A DNA stretch of 32,000 nucleotides, from the NCBI RefSeq assembly GCF_900289195.1, contig NZ_OMOH01000005.1:30001-62000 (forward strand), in the 5' to 3' direction. This DNA is from Propionibacterium ruminifibrarum. GTDB lineage: Bacteria; Actinomycetota; Actinomycetes; Propionibacteriales; Propionibacteriaceae. The notes below the pieces were generated by a model. The model did no database searches. It saw only the letters and a list, made by a program, of their open reading frames with translations, and had not been told where the DNA came from. The position numbers and the translations under genes are program-made. This document shows, piece by piece, positions 15,274 through 24,410 of this stretch (position 1 is its first letter; every line of letters begins with the position of its first letter).

Positions 15274-16476
15274 TCAGGACGGCGACACGGGACGCCTGAA
15301 GGCGCCGCCCAGGGCGTACGTGCCGAGAGCGACCAGGTAGGCGGCGGCGGTGAAGACCGCTATGCCGCTGTAGCCGGTGAAACGGGTCAGAAGCTGCCCG
15401 CCGATGGCCCCGCTGATCGTCGTCCCGGCGTACATGGCAGCGTTCGACAGGGAGGACACCGTGCCGCGCGCGAGATCGGTGTGGCTCTGGAGCTCGCTCA
15501 TGAGGACGGGGAAGAGGAACCCGGCGACCAGCATTGCCAGGGCCAGTACGGGCACGGCGACCCGCAACGTGCCGACGAGGGCGGTGCCGAGATAGATCGT
15601 CCCGAGGGCGATGATCCCGAACAGGAGCGAGCGCTGCTGCCCGAGACGGGCGACCAGCCGCGAGCCGGTCAATGATCCGACGGCATTACCGAGGCCGATG
15701 ACGATCATCGCCGAACCGATCACGGTCTGGGACGCGCCGAAGTCCTGGGCGAACCACGAGCCGATGAAGGACAGCGCCGCGAAGTTGCCGGTCTGGAACA
15801 CCAGATAGGCCGTCAGCGACAGCATCAAGGGACGGGAACGCCCCACCTGCGCATAAGGGGCGAGCAGCCGGCCCTGAGACGCCGCGTCGACAGGACGCAC
15901 ATTCGGGAACCGTGCATACAGCAGGATCCACAGTAGGACGCTGGCCGACGCGATCACCAGAAAGGGCACGCGCCATCCCAGGGACGACAGGAACGAGCCG
16001 ATCGGGATCCCCACGACCTGGGCGATCGCCAGCCCCGCTGTCGCGTAACCCATCGTCCCGACGATCGACGACGCGGGCACCGTCACCGGAATCGCCGCCC
16101 AGATCTGAGGCGTCACGAACGCTGCGGCGACGCCGGCGAGCAGCCGGGTGGTGAACAGGGACCAGAAGTCCCAGGTGCCACCGCAGGCCGCAGTGAACAC
16201 GGTGAACCCGACCAGTCCCGACAGGAGAACGGTCCGCCGGTCGAAACGGTCCGAGAGGGGGCCCGCGACAAGGGCGAACACCGCGTAACCGAGTGCATAT
16301 GCCGAGACGAGCCAGCCGGACCGCGACACGCTCACGCCCAACTCGCGCTGCAGGAGCGGCAGCAGCGGCGCGGTGAGGAATGTGTCGGTGCCGATCACGA
16401 AGAGCGTGGCGAAGGAGATCAGTCGCATCGTCGGTTCGGAAACCGACCTGAGTGAGACATTCGGGGATGATGTCAT
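15274..16476 (-). CDS. MFS transporter
   Basis: 400 aa, polytopic. MFS motif A is GPLSDRFDRRTVLLSGL. It is convergent with the previous MFS gene and divergent from the ArsR-type regulator. Confidence 0.85.
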   Translation of the reverse strand: MTSSPNVSLRSVSEPTMRLISFATLFVIGTDTFLTAPLLPLLQRELGVSVSRSGWLVSAYALGYAVFALVAGPLSDRFDRRTVLLSGLVGFTVFTAACGGTWDFWSLFTTRLLAGVAAAFVTPQIWAAIPVTVPASSIVGTMGYATAGLAIAQVVGIPIGSFLSSLGWRVPFLVIASASVLLWILLYARFPNVRPVDAASQGRLLAPYAQVGRSRPLMLSLTAYLVFQTGNFAALSFIGSWFAQDFGASQTVIGSAMIVIGLGNAVGSLTGSRLVARLGQQRSLLFGIIALGTIYLGTALVGTLRVAVPVLALAMLVAGFLFPVLMSELQSHTDLARGTVSSLSNAAMYAGTTISGAIGGQLLTRFTGYSGIAVFTAAAYLVALGTYALGGAFRRPVSPS

Positions 16477-16541
16477 GGGGTATCCTTCCGGTCCCTTCGC
16501 TCGTTGCCGGGCAGCATGAAGGGGAGGGACAGACCTGATAT

Positions 16542-16565
16542 TTATTTAGAAGTTTGACGAAATAA
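16542..16565. promoter_or_regulatory. AT-rich inverted repeat in the MFS/ArsR divergent intergenic region (possible operator)
   Basis: ttattt-N12-aaataa inside the only AT-rich stretch (tatttatttagaagtttgacgaaataagaattgacc) of the 16477-16662 intergenic region. Two TTGAC boxes lie nearby. Confidence 0.3.
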
Positions 16566-16662
16566 GAATTGACCTGTCGGGCTCGCTTGTCAAGCCGATC
16601 AGTTCACTTGGCGGTCGTCCTCTGGTCGGTAGCATGGGCACGACCGGGGGGAAGGGCGGACA

Positions 16663-17028
16663 GTGGGCAGAGAGCGGTTGCACCATCCCAGTCAGGGCGA
16701 CATCGACCTCGATCGTGTGCTCGGTGCCCTGTCGGATCCGATCCGGCGCGACATCCTCAGCCGGATCGCCTCGGACGGCCCGCAGTTCTGCGGCGATCTC
16801 GACTACGACGTCGCCAGGTCGACCATGTCCTACCACTTCAAGGTGCTCAGGGAATCCGGGCTCATGCACACCGAGGCGCTCGGCAGGCACCGCCGTATCA
16901 CCCGCCGGGACGCCGTGATCGAGGCGCTCTTCCCGGGGCTCCTCGAGGCGGTCGGGCTCCCACCGGGGGAGGGGCAGTGGCCGGAACCGGCTGTCTCCAC
17001 CGAGGCGGATGTTGGCAGGGCGTCCTGA
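16663..17028 (+). CDS. ArsR/SmtB-family helix-turn-helix transcriptional regulator
   Basis: LGALSDPIRRDILSRI and STMSYHFKVLRESGLM match the ArsR-family wHTH signatures. GTG start as tracked. Confidence 0.75.
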   Translation: MGRERLHHPSQGDIDLDRVLGALSDPIRRDILSRIASDGPQFCGDLDYDVARSTMSYHFKVLRESGLMHTEALGRHRRITRRDAVIEALFPGLLEAVGLPPGEGQWPEPAVSTEADVGRAS

Positions 17029-17110
17029 GGTCTTCGGCTGAGGATGTCGCCCATTGGTTCAGGGACGAGCGGACTCGAGTCGGTGATCCTGGGGCCGCGA
17101 GTCACTGTCC

Positions 17111-17947
17111 TCAGGCGGCGGGGTAGTGCTCGGCGAGGAAGTCCAGCAGCACCCGGTTGAAGAACTCCGGATTGTCCTGATTCGCGTTGTGGCCGGCCAG
17201 CGGGATCACCACGTGTCGGCAGTACGGGTCCCGGGCTGCCCAGGCGGGGGCGGTGCGCACGATGTCGCCCGTACGGTCCAGCGCGCCATGGGTCAGCAGC
17301 AGCGGCACCTCGATCCGGTACCCCGGTTCCGGGCGCAGCGAGCGGGTCACGCCCCGCCAGATCTGAAGAAAATCAGCCTTCGGAATCGCGTCGACCGCGT
17401 CCCTGGCGTAGGCGCGCACCGGCGGCCGGTCGGCCGTCGTCGTCGCGATCACGTGCTTCAGGTGGTCCCATGGCCAGAACCTGAACCACCACAGCGAGGA
17501 CCTCAGCGCCCACTGCTCCCACCGTGGGATCGGCAGCGTGATGCACGTCGACCCGATGATCACCAGGACCGCCACCCGCTCCGGTGCGCGGTACACCAGT
17601 TCCTGGGCGATGACTCCGCCCAGCGACTGCCCGCCGACGCAGACCGGGCCCCGGACGTCGAGATGGTCCAGCAGGGCGACCAGGTCATCGGCCATGTCGG
17701 CGACGCCCATCGGAACCCGGCCGATGGGGCGGGACCGGCCATGGCCGCGGATGTCCCAGGTGAGCACCCGGTAGCCCGCCCCGGCGAGCGGACCGACCTG
17801 GTCGTCGAACATTCGATGATCCATCGACGCGCCGTGGCTGAGGACGACCAGTGGGCCATCGGCGGGCCCCGCCGTCCAGGCGTGCACCGACGAACCCGCC
17901 CGCGCCACAACGTGCTCGGTCCGCGGCGGGTCCTCCCAGGTGCTCAT
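17111..17947 (-). CDS. Alpha/beta hydrolase fold protein
   Basis: Nucleophile elbow GGQSLGG. N-terminal PLVVLSHGASMDHRMF ... WDIRGHGRS. The ATG at 17947 (MSTWEDPP) is preferred over the tracked upstream GTG at 18073, which would overlap the neighbouring TetR gene. Confidence 0.8.
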   Translation of the reverse strand: MSTWEDPPRTEHVVARAGSSVHAWTAGPADGPLVVLSHGASMDHRMFDDQVGPLAGAGYRVLTWDIRGHGRSRPIGRVPMGVADMADDLVALLDHLDVRGPVCVGGQSLGGVIAQELVYRAPERVAVLVIIGSTCITLPIPRWEQWALRSSLWWFRFWPWDHLKHVIATTTADRPPVRAYARDAVDAIPKADFLQIWRGVTRSLRPEPGYRIEVPLLLTHGALDRTGDIVRTAPAWAARDPYCRHVVIPLAGHNANQDNPEFFNRVLLDFLAEHYPAA

Positions 17948-18056
17948 GGCAACACTGTGATCTGGATCCACGAGCCGGTCAATCTTCGTCACGCCCACCG
18001 TGGCCGGTGAGCGGCTCGTCGCGCCGGGCACCGAGCACTGGTGCCCCGCCGGGTCA

Positions 18057-18932
18057 TCACGTCGGGTCGCCACGTGCCTGGTCCGGTGACGCGCCGAGTG
18101 ACGCGGCGATCGCGGCGAACTGCTCCTCGGACGCCGCGATCCGCTCCGGGGTCCAGACGACCGAAGGATCGGGCTCGAGGTGGCCGAGCAGCACCGTGGT
18201 CAGGGCGATCTCGGGCTGTGACCACGGGGCCGGGCCGCTGGCCCCGAAGAGGGCCAGCTCGGTGCGTTCATCGAGCCAGTCCGGGTCCCCCAGTGCGCGC
18301 GAGAGCACGCCGCGCATGGTCAGCCCGGACAGCTGCGACAACGCCATGAACCCCTCCTCGCCGCTCCACGGCGGGCGCTGACGGTAGCCGATCATGGCCG
18401 CCATCGTCTCGTAGATCTCCGCCCGCCGCTGCACCATGGCGTGCTCCATCTCGGCCAGGGAAGCCGCCACGGTCGCGCGCAGGTCCTCGTCGGGCAACGT
18501 CTGATGCGTGACGGACAGGGCCATGAACAGCCGCCATTTCGGCGAGGCCAGCATGCGGCGGATGTCGGCGTCCAATGAGACCCGCAGCGCCTCGACGACC
18601 ACGTCGCGGCGCCCCTGCTCGGTGCCCAGCACGTCTCGGCGCGCCTCGAGAACGCCCAGCAGCCGGCGAATGGTCTCGTCGTCCTCGGGGACGAGGCTGG
18701 TGCGGCCGATGGCGTGGACGAGCGCGTCCGCGAGGAAGTCGGCGCGGTGCGGCCAGCAGCGGTAGGCGCTCGCGCGCGAGACACCCGCCTCGGCGATGAC
18801 CTGCTCCATGCGAAGGGCGTCCAGCCCGACGGACAGTCCCTGCTCGACGAGGCGGTCACTGGCCAGGTCGAGGACGCGTTCGCGCGTCTCCTGTTCGCTC
18901 ATCCGGCGGCGGGTAGCGGGGTTGACAGCCAT
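18057..18932 (-). CDS. TetR-family transcriptional regulator
   Basis: N-terminal HTH region ETRERVLDLASDRLVEQGLSVGLDALRMEQVIAEAGVSRASAYRCWP. Possible starts at 18965, 18932 and 18902, none with a clear SD. Confidence 0.8.
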   Translation of the reverse strand: MAVNPATRRRMSEQETRERVLDLASDRLVEQGLSVGLDALRMEQVIAEAGVSRASAYRCWPHRADFLADALVHAIGRTSLVPEDDETIRRLLGVLEARRDVLGTEQGRRDVVVEALRVSLDADIRRMLASPKWRLFMALSVTHQTLPDEDLRATVAASLAEMEHAMVQRRAEIYETMAAMIGYRQRPPWSGEEGFMALSQLSGLTMRGVLSRALGDPDWLDERTELALFGASGPAPWSQPEIALTTVLLGHLEPDPSVVWTPERIAASEEQFAAIAASLGASPDQARGDPT

Positions 18933-18949
18933 GAGACATAGTGTATCTT
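18922..18949 (+). promoter_or_regulatory. Candidate sigma70-type promoter for the cyt-b5-like / CHY genes
   Basis: TTGACA (18922-18927), a 16-nt spacer, then TATCTT (18944-18949). It overlaps direct repeat 1. Confidence 0.35.
18930..18947. promoter_or_regulatory. Direct repeat 1 of a putative TetR operator pair in the divergent promoter region
   Basis: catgagacatAgtgtatc matches catgagacatCgtgtatc (18956-18973) at 17 of 18 positions, offset 26 bp. It lies between the TetR gene and the cyt-b5-like gene. Confidence 0.45.
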
Positions 18950-18955
18950 CATCGT

Positions 18956-18973
18956 CATGAGACATCGTGTATC
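18956..18973. promoter_or_regulatory. Direct repeat 2 of the putative TetR operator pair
   Basis: See repeat 1. Confidence 0.45.
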
Positions 18974-18995
18974 AAAAAGAAGGGGGAACCGTCTC

Positions 18996-19361
18996 ATGCG
19001 GTGGATCGTCATCGGCGTCCTCGTGCTCGTGGCCATCGTGGTCGCCTGGGTGCTGCTGCACCCCTCGAACGTCGGGGATCGCACGAAACTGGACCGGGAG
19101 TTCTCCAGCGACGAGCAGCACCGGATCGACACAGTGGCCATCACCGCCGGCGAACTCGCCGAGGCCACCTGCGCCGATGGGGCGCAGTGCTGGGTCGCCG
19201 TCGACAGGGTCGTCTACGACCTGGGTTCGGTGCCGACGTGGCAGGGCGGGACGCATCACGGGGTGAGCGCCGGCACCGACGCCACCGAGGCCTTCGTCAG
19301 ATCGGGACACGGCAGGCAGATCCTGGAGCACCTGCCAGTGGTGGGCCGGTACCAGCCGTGA
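18996..19361 (+). CDS. Membrane-anchored cytochrome b5-like heme/steroid-binding domain protein
   Basis: N-terminal TM helix MRWIVIGVLVLVAIVVAWVLL. Then ITAGELAEA...WVAVDRVVYDLGSVPTWQGGTHHGVSAGTDATEAF, which resembles the cyt-b5-like pattern (VYDvt...H.G....aG.DAT..F). The SD AAGGGGGAA ends 7 nt upstream of ATG 18996. Confidence 0.55.
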   Translation: MRWIVIGVLVLVAIVVAWVLLHPSNVGDRTKLDREFSSDEQHRIDTVAITAGELAEATCADGAQCWVAVDRVVYDLGSVPTWQGGTHHGVSAGTDATEAFVRSGHGRQILEHLPVVGRYQP

Positions 19362-19459
19362 ACCTCGGGCTCGTCGAAGGACGACCTGGCGTCTGCGCGG
19401 CGGACGGCCGCCCGTCGCAGCGGTTTGCCGGGGGTGAGGGTGATGAGACAATACGGCCC

Positions 19460-19765
19460 ATGACCGTGATCCGGGGCGTCGAGGTGGACGAGCAGGGTCG
19501 CTGCGCCCACTGGCACACCGAGCGCGATGTCGTGGCCAACCTGTGCGAGGCCTGCGGGCAGTTCTGGGCCTGCCACGAGTGCCACGATGCGCTGGCCGAT
19601 CACCCGTTCGACAGGGTCGACCCGGCCGCCCCCGGCACCGTGCTGTGCGGGGTGTGCGGGCACCTCAGCTCCTACGCCGACTACTCCGCCGCGCACGTCT
19701 GCGCCGGCTGCGGCCACGCGTTCAACCCGCGGTGCGCGCTGCACCGGGGACTGTACGTGGCGTGA
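19460..19765 (+). CDS. CHY-type zinc-finger protein
   Basis: 101 aa. CAHWHTERDVVANLCEACGQFWACHECHDALADHPF followed by CGVCGH...CAGCGHAFNPRC is the Cys/His spacing typical of zf-CHY. Confidence 0.75.
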   Translation: MTVIRGVEVDEQGRCAHWHTERDVVANLCEACGQFWACHECHDALADHPFDRVDPAAPGTVLCGVCGHLSSYADYSAAHVCAGCGHAFNPRCALHRGLYVA

Positions 19766-19959
19766 CACCCGGCCGTCCCCGGGATGCCCCTCGAGCCCCG
19801 GCACCGCTGGGAAGCAGGGCCCGCCGGTGCCCTGCACGGCACGCGCTCGCCGCACACGGGTGGCGCGGGCGGGGCACCGGACAGACCCCACAGGCGTGCG
19901 ACCTGTCGGCGCAGCGGCGGACGACACGCTGCTGAACCGGGTGTGACGACCGAGTGCCC

Positions 19960-20592
19960 TCACGAGGGCCGCGGGGGATCCGGCTCGTCCCGGGTGAGCC
20001 GCCGTGGTTTCGGTGCCTGCCAGTGGAACCTGAGGGCGAGCACCCGCATGCCGAAGACGAACGCCACGAGCAGCCACAGCGTGAGCGTGTTGTAGAGGCC
20101 GAAACGCACGCACAGGTCGGTGCCGAGGGAGCCGAGGAGGGCCGGTGCGGCATAGATGTCCTGGGTCAGGACGCTCGGCACCGTACCGGCGAGCATGTCG
20201 CGGATGATGCCGCCACCGATGGCGGTGATCGTGCCGATCAGGACCGCCTCGACGCCCGGGTGTCCGGTCCGGATGGCGAGCAGCGTGGCGGCCACGGCGA
20301 AGGCGCCCAGGCCTGCGGCGTCGGCCAGCAGGATGAGTCTGCGCACCCGGTCGAGGCTGCCCGAGAAGCGGAACGTGATGAGACCAGCCACGACTGCCGT
20401 GGCGAGGAACGGGATGTTCGTCAGGTTCGACGGGGGAGTGATGCCCAGCAGCAGGTCGCGGACCACGCCGCCGCCCAGGGCCGTCACGAGCGCCAGGACG
20501 AGGATGCCGAAGATGTCGAAGCGCCGGCGGACCCCGACGAGCCCGCCGGAGACGGCGAAGGCGAAGACGCCGACGAAGTTGAGCAGATCCAC
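19960..20592 (-). CDS. Trimeric intracellular cation channel (TRIC) / UPF0126 family membrane protein
   Basis: Two copies of the glycine-rich motif (LGGGVVRDLLLG and IGGGIIRDMLAG) and seven hydrophobic segments. The GTG start at 20592 was chosen to give ~210 aa; the tracked ORF extends to 20688. Confidence 0.8.
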   Translation of the reverse strand: MDLLNFVGVFAFAVSGGLVGVRRRFDIFGILVLALVTALGGGVVRDLLLGITPPSNLTNIPFLATAVVAGLITFRFSGSLDRVRRLILLADAAGLGAFAVAATLLAIRTGHPGVEAVLIGTITAIGGGIIRDMLAGTVPSVLTQDIYAAPALLGSLGTDLCVRFGLYNTLTLWLLVAFVFGMRVLALRFHWQAPKPRRLTRDEPDPPRPS

Positions 20593-20642
20593 GCCCCAAG
20601 GGTAGGGGTGGACGAGTCCACCGGGCCGAGTGACAATGCCGT

Positions 20643-21272
20643 ATGAGCAGGAACGCCTCCGTGGTTGCCGGGGCCGTGGTGGCCGCACTCCTGGTCAGCG
20701 GGTGCGCGGCCCAGGGTGGACGGTCCGATCGGGCCGGCTCCTCCGGGCAGTCCACTGGCGGGACGGCCGACACGCCTCGGCCCTCTGCCGTCACGGCGGA
20801 GCCATCCCAGCGGACGAGCAGCGCCGGGCGGAGAACCGCCGATGTCACGGCCCATGACCTGCTCACTGCGGTGTCACCCGGGTGTGCCTACGAGAGCGAG
20901 AGGATGGTCGGCGGGCAGGTGCCGGGGGCGATCACGGCGTACGTTCGTCATGAGCCGGGTCATCCGTGGTCACCGGTCTACCTGGACATGGCCGCCCTCG
21001 GCTACCGGCAGGCGCTGTCGGTGTTCGTCTGCGGCGGCGAGAGCATGGACCCGGACCGGCTCATGCTGACTGGCGCCGGGGGCGAACTCATCGACTCCCT
21101 GGTGCTGGGTGGTTCCGGCGAGGCGCCGTACTCCGATGTGCGGTCGATGGAGCCGGTCGGTAACTCGGTGCGCGTCACGTGGGTGGCGAGCGGGGCCGCT
21201 GGGAAGGATCCGGTCGAGCATGCGGGCACGGTGCGCTACGAGGACGGAAACCTCACCTACACGGAGGACTGA
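20643..21272 (+). CDS. Lipoprotein, paralog 1 of a tandem triplet (uncharacterised family)
   Basis: Signal peptide with lipobox AALLVSGC. Conserved C-terminal domain with EPGHPWSPVYLDM, YRQALSVF, LMLTGAGGEL, SVRVTWVASG and GTVRYEDGNLTY. Confidence 0.7.
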   Translation: MSRNASVVAGAVVAALLVSGCAAQGGRSDRAGSSGQSTGGTADTPRPSAVTAEPSQRTSSAGRRTADVTAHDLLTAVSPGCAYESERMVGGQVPGAITAYVRHEPGHPWSPVYLDMAALGYRQALSVFVCGGESMDPDRLMLTGAGGELIDSLVLGGSGEAPYSDVRSMEPVGNSVRVTWVASGAAGKDPVEHAGTVRYEDGNLTYTED

Positions 21273-21397
21273 CCAGGATCGTAACCGGGCGATCATGGTG
21301 CCGGGACGGCCGCGTGACCAGGATCGTTCGTGACGAAACCCCTCCGAACCCAGGGCCCGGGGACGGAGGCGGGCTCTGCGAGGTGAAGAATACGGCC

Positions 21398-22045
21398 ATG
21401 GGTAAGAGCATCACTGTGGTCGCGGGCGTGGCGATGGCCGCACTGCTGGTCGGCGGGTGCGGGACGCAGGGCGGGCAACCCGAACGGGCTGCTTCGCCCG
21501 AGCAGTCCTCCGTCGAAACGACCGGCACGCCGCAGCCCACGGCATGGCCGACCCCCACTGCCGCGACGACGGAGCAGACCCAGCAGGGTGGTGCCACCGA
21601 GGAGACGCCGGCCGATGTCACGGTCGAGGACCTGCTGACGGCCGTGTCTCCCGACGCCTGCCAGCCGAGCACGAGAATGATCGACGGAATGGTTCCCCTG
21701 ACGACCATCGACCACATCGAGTACGAGCCGGGCCATCCGTGGTCGCCGGTCTACCTCGACATGGCGGGCCTGGGCTACCGGCAGGCGCTGTCGGTGTTCG
21801 CCTGCGGCGGGGCCAACTTCATACCGAACTATCTGATGCTGACCGGCTCAGGCGGTGAACTCATCGGAGTCGTTTCGCTGTCCGACCACACGGACACCGA
21901 TCACGGCGACGTGCGGTCCATGGAGCAGGACGGGGACTCGGTGCGCGTCACATGGGTGGCGAGCGGGAGCGCGGGAGCGAATCCTGTCGAGCGCTCGGGA
22001 ACGGTGCGCTACGAGGACGGCCGCCTCGTCTACACCGAGGACTGA
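21398..22045 (+). CDS. Lipoprotein, paralog 2 of the tandem triplet
   Basis: Internal ATG at 21398 of tracked ORF 21179-22045 gives MGKSITVVAGVAMAALLVGGC (lipobox). It has the same conserved C-terminal domain. Confidence 0.7.
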   Translation: MGKSITVVAGVAMAALLVGGCGTQGGQPERAASPEQSSVETTGTPQPTAWPTPTAATTEQTQQGGATEETPADVTVEDLLTAVSPDACQPSTRMIDGMVPLTTIDHIEYEPGHPWSPVYLDMAGLGYRQALSVFACGGANFIPNYLMLTGSGGELIGVVSLSDHTDTDHGDVRSMEQDGDSVRVTWVASGSAGANPVERSGTVRYEDGRLVYTED

Positions 22046-22172
22046 ACGAGCCCGGCCCAGCGCCAAGCCCGGCGGCCGCCGGGCCGCACGGGGAGACACC
22101 GCTGAGCCTGTTCCCGATTGCCCAGTCACGACTCCAGGAGCCTGGCCGGCGAGAAGGGTGAAGAATGCTGCC

Positions 22173-22679
22173 ATGAGCAAGAGCACCACCGCGATTGCCG
22201 GGGCCGTGATGGCCGCGATCCTGGCCAGCGGGTGCGGCATGCAGGCCCCCGGTGTCACGGTCGTCGACCTGCAGACTGCGGAGGCGCCCTACCCATACGA
22301 GGGCACGAGGATGGTTGACGGGAAGGTGCCGGGGGCGACCATGGGGTACGTTCGTCACGAGCCGGGTCATCCGTGGTCGCCGGTCTACCTCGACATGATG
22401 GGACGGGGCTACCAGCAGGCGCTGTCGGTATTCGTCAGCGGCGGGGTCCAGATGGATCCGGACCGTCTCATGCTGACCGGTCTGGGCGGGCAGCTCGTCG
22501 ACACCCTGTGGCTGGGCCGCTCCGACGAAGCGCCGTATGCCGACGTGCAGTCGATGGAGCAGGACGGGGACTCGGTGCGCGTCACGTGGGTGTCGCACGG
22601 GGCCGCCGGGGCGGGTGCGGTCGAGCACGCGGGTACGGTGCGCTACGAGGACGGGCGGCTCACCTACTCCGGGGACTGA
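22173..22679 (+). CDS. Lipoprotein, paralog 3 of the tandem triplet (short linker, lacks the Cys pair)
   Basis: Internal ATG at 22173 of tracked ORF 21855-22679 gives MSKSTTAIAGAVMAAILASGC (lipobox). It has the same conserved C-terminal domain. Confidence 0.7.
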   Translation: MSKSTTAIAGAVMAAILASGCGMQAPGVTVVDLQTAEAPYPYEGTRMVDGKVPGATMGYVRHEPGHPWSPVYLDMMGRGYQQALSVFVSGGVQMDPDRLMLTGLGGQLVDTLWLGRSDEAPYADVQSMEQDGDSVRVTWVSHGAAGAGAVEHAGTVRYEDGRLTYSGD

Positions 22680-22800
22680 CCAGGGAGAACATGACCCGGA
22701 CCGGGTCCGGCCAGAGCTTGCCCGCCGGTCGGGGTGGACAAGGCGTGTCGACTGGGAACATGGCCGGTCCGGGGCTTCGCCGCGTGGGCATAATCGGTGC

Positions 22801-23520
22801 GTGAACGGCGTCCTGACACAGATCTGGGGCCGGCTCGGCGCGAGCTGGCACCCCGGCCCGGCGCCCACCGAGACGTCCGTGCTCGTCGCCGTCGCAGCGG
22901 CACTGGCGGCCGTCCTCCTCGGACCGGCCTGGCGCATCCTGCGGGTCGTCGTGACGCTCGTCCACGAACTCGGGCACGCTCTCGTCGGCCTGGCCACCGG
23001 CCGCCGATTCGCCGGTTTCACCGTCAACCCCGACATGTCGGGCGCCACCACGACGAGCGGCGCCACCCGCGGCCCGGGCCTCGTCCTCACGACACTGGCC
23101 GGCTACCCGATGCCCGCCCTCGTCGGCGCCCTCATCGGGCAGGCGGCGCTGGGCGGCTACGCCCGGGCGGTGCTGATCGGGGTCGCCGCCGTCCTGTTGC
23201 TCGTGCTGCCCAGGGCGCGCTCGGCGCACACCGTGGCGGCCCTGCTCGGCACCCTCGCGGCGAGCATCGCCCTGTGGTGGTACGCCGACTCCGCGCTGGC
23301 CTCGGCCACGGTCCTCGGACTGGGCGTCTTTCTCATCGCCGGGGCATGGCGTCAACTCGTCAACGTCTCGTTGCACGGCGACCGATCCCAGGACCCCGGT
23401 GTCCTGGCCGCCCGGACCCATCTACCGGCGATGCTGTGGAATCTCGTCTTCGCCCTCGTCCTGGCGGCCGCGTCCTGGTGGCTCGGACGCGTCCTCGTGC
23501 CGCGCCTGCCGCTGCAGTGA
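22801..23520 (+). CDS. Integral-membrane HExxH metallopeptidase (M50-like)
   Basis: GTG 22801 gives VNGVLTQIW... with VVTLVHELGHALVGLATG (HExxH inside a TM helix) and several further TM segments. Confidence 0.7.
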   Translation: MNGVLTQIWGRLGASWHPGPAPTETSVLVAVAAALAAVLLGPAWRILRVVVTLVHELGHALVGLATGRRFAGFTVNPDMSGATTTSGATRGPGLVLTTLAGYPMPALVGALIGQAALGGYARAVLIGVAAVLLLVLPRARSAHTVAALLGTLAASIALWWYADSALASATVLGLGVFLIAGAWRQLVNVSLHGDRSQDPGVLAARTHLPAMLWNLVFALVLAAASWWLGRVLVPRLPLQ

Positions 23521-23684
23521 GACCCTGCCATCTGACTGAGGTCGTACACCAACCCTGAGACGGACTCGGGGTTTAGCCCGGGGGTCGTATCGACCATGTG
23601 GATGATGCCGGGTGAGCCGGATCCCCCGTAGTTTCTGTGGCGCCGAATGAGGAAGCCACGGACGAGAAGACGAGGGGGCGGGGC

Positions 23685-24410
23685 ATGGGCGAACCGGCAC
23701 GGGCAGTGGTCGAGACCCGGGACCTCAGCAAGGTGTACCAGGTGGGCAGCCAGCCGGTGGTGGCGCTCAACCGCGTCAGCCTGTCGATCCCGGCCGGTAC
23801 CTTCGCCGCGGTCGTCGGCACCTCCGGGTCGGGCAAGTCCACGCTGCTCAATATGATCGGCGGGCTCGAGAAACCGACCGCCGGCGAGGTCTGGGTGGCC
23901 GGCCACCCGCTCCACGAGTTCAGCGAGGAGGAACTGGTCTCCTTCCGCCGCGAACAGGTCGGTTTCGTCTTCCAGTCGTTCAACCTCATCCCGACGATGA
24001 CGGCCGTGGAGAACGTCGCCTGGCCACTCGCCTTCCAGGGCGTGGCCAAGGCCGAGCGTCTCGCCCGGGCCGCCGCCTCGCTGCGCACCGTCGGTCTCGG
24101 CAAGCACCTCGACCACAAGCCCACCCAGATGTCGGGCGGTCAGCAGCAGCGCGTCGGCATCGCCCGGGCCCTCGTCGTGAACCCCAGGATCGTCTTCGCC
24201 GACGAGCCCACCGGCAACCTCGACTCCCACACCGCCGAGCGGACCCTCGAACTCTTCAGGCGCTTCATCGAGCGCTACCACCAGACGTGGGTGATGGTCA
24301 CCCACGACCAGCACCTCGCCTCCTTCGCCGACATGATCATCCGGATCGGCGACGGATGCGTCACCGACATCGACCGCAGCGGGCCCGCGACTGGGCAGGA
24401 AGGGGCATGA
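23685..24410 (+). CDS. ABC transporter ATP-binding protein (MacB/LolD/FtsE-like)
   Basis: Walker A GTSGSGKST, signature MSGGQQQRV, Walker B IVFADEPTGNLD. The SD GAGGGGG precedes ATG 23685; an alternative GTG lies at 23637. Confidence 0.9.
   Translation: MGEPARAVVETRDLSKVYQVGSQPVVALNRVSLSIPAGTFAAVVGTSGSGKSTLLNMIGGLEKPTAGEVWVAGHPLHEFSEEELVSFRREQVGFVFQSFNLIPTMTAVENVAWPLAFQGVAKAERLARAAASLRTVGLGKHLDHKPTQMSGGQQQRVGIARALVVNPRIVFADEPTGNLDSHTAERTLELFRRFIERYHQTWVMVTHDQHLASFADMIIRIGDGCVTDIDRSGPATGQEGA

Noticed and set aside
20593-20688. Longer N-terminus for the TRIC/UPF0126 gene, and the upstream GTG start (18073) for the alpha/beta hydrolase.
   Set aside because: The extensions are Arg/Pro-rich and overlap adjacent genes or intergenic signals. 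Family-typical lengths are met by the shorter starts, though those starts remain uncertain.
21270-21327. Short direct repeat tgaccaggatcgt (21270-21282 and 21315-21327) between lipoprotein paralogs 1 and 2.
   Set aside because: It is only 13 bp and is most simply a by-product of the tandem gene duplication. No independent function can be argued from the sequence.
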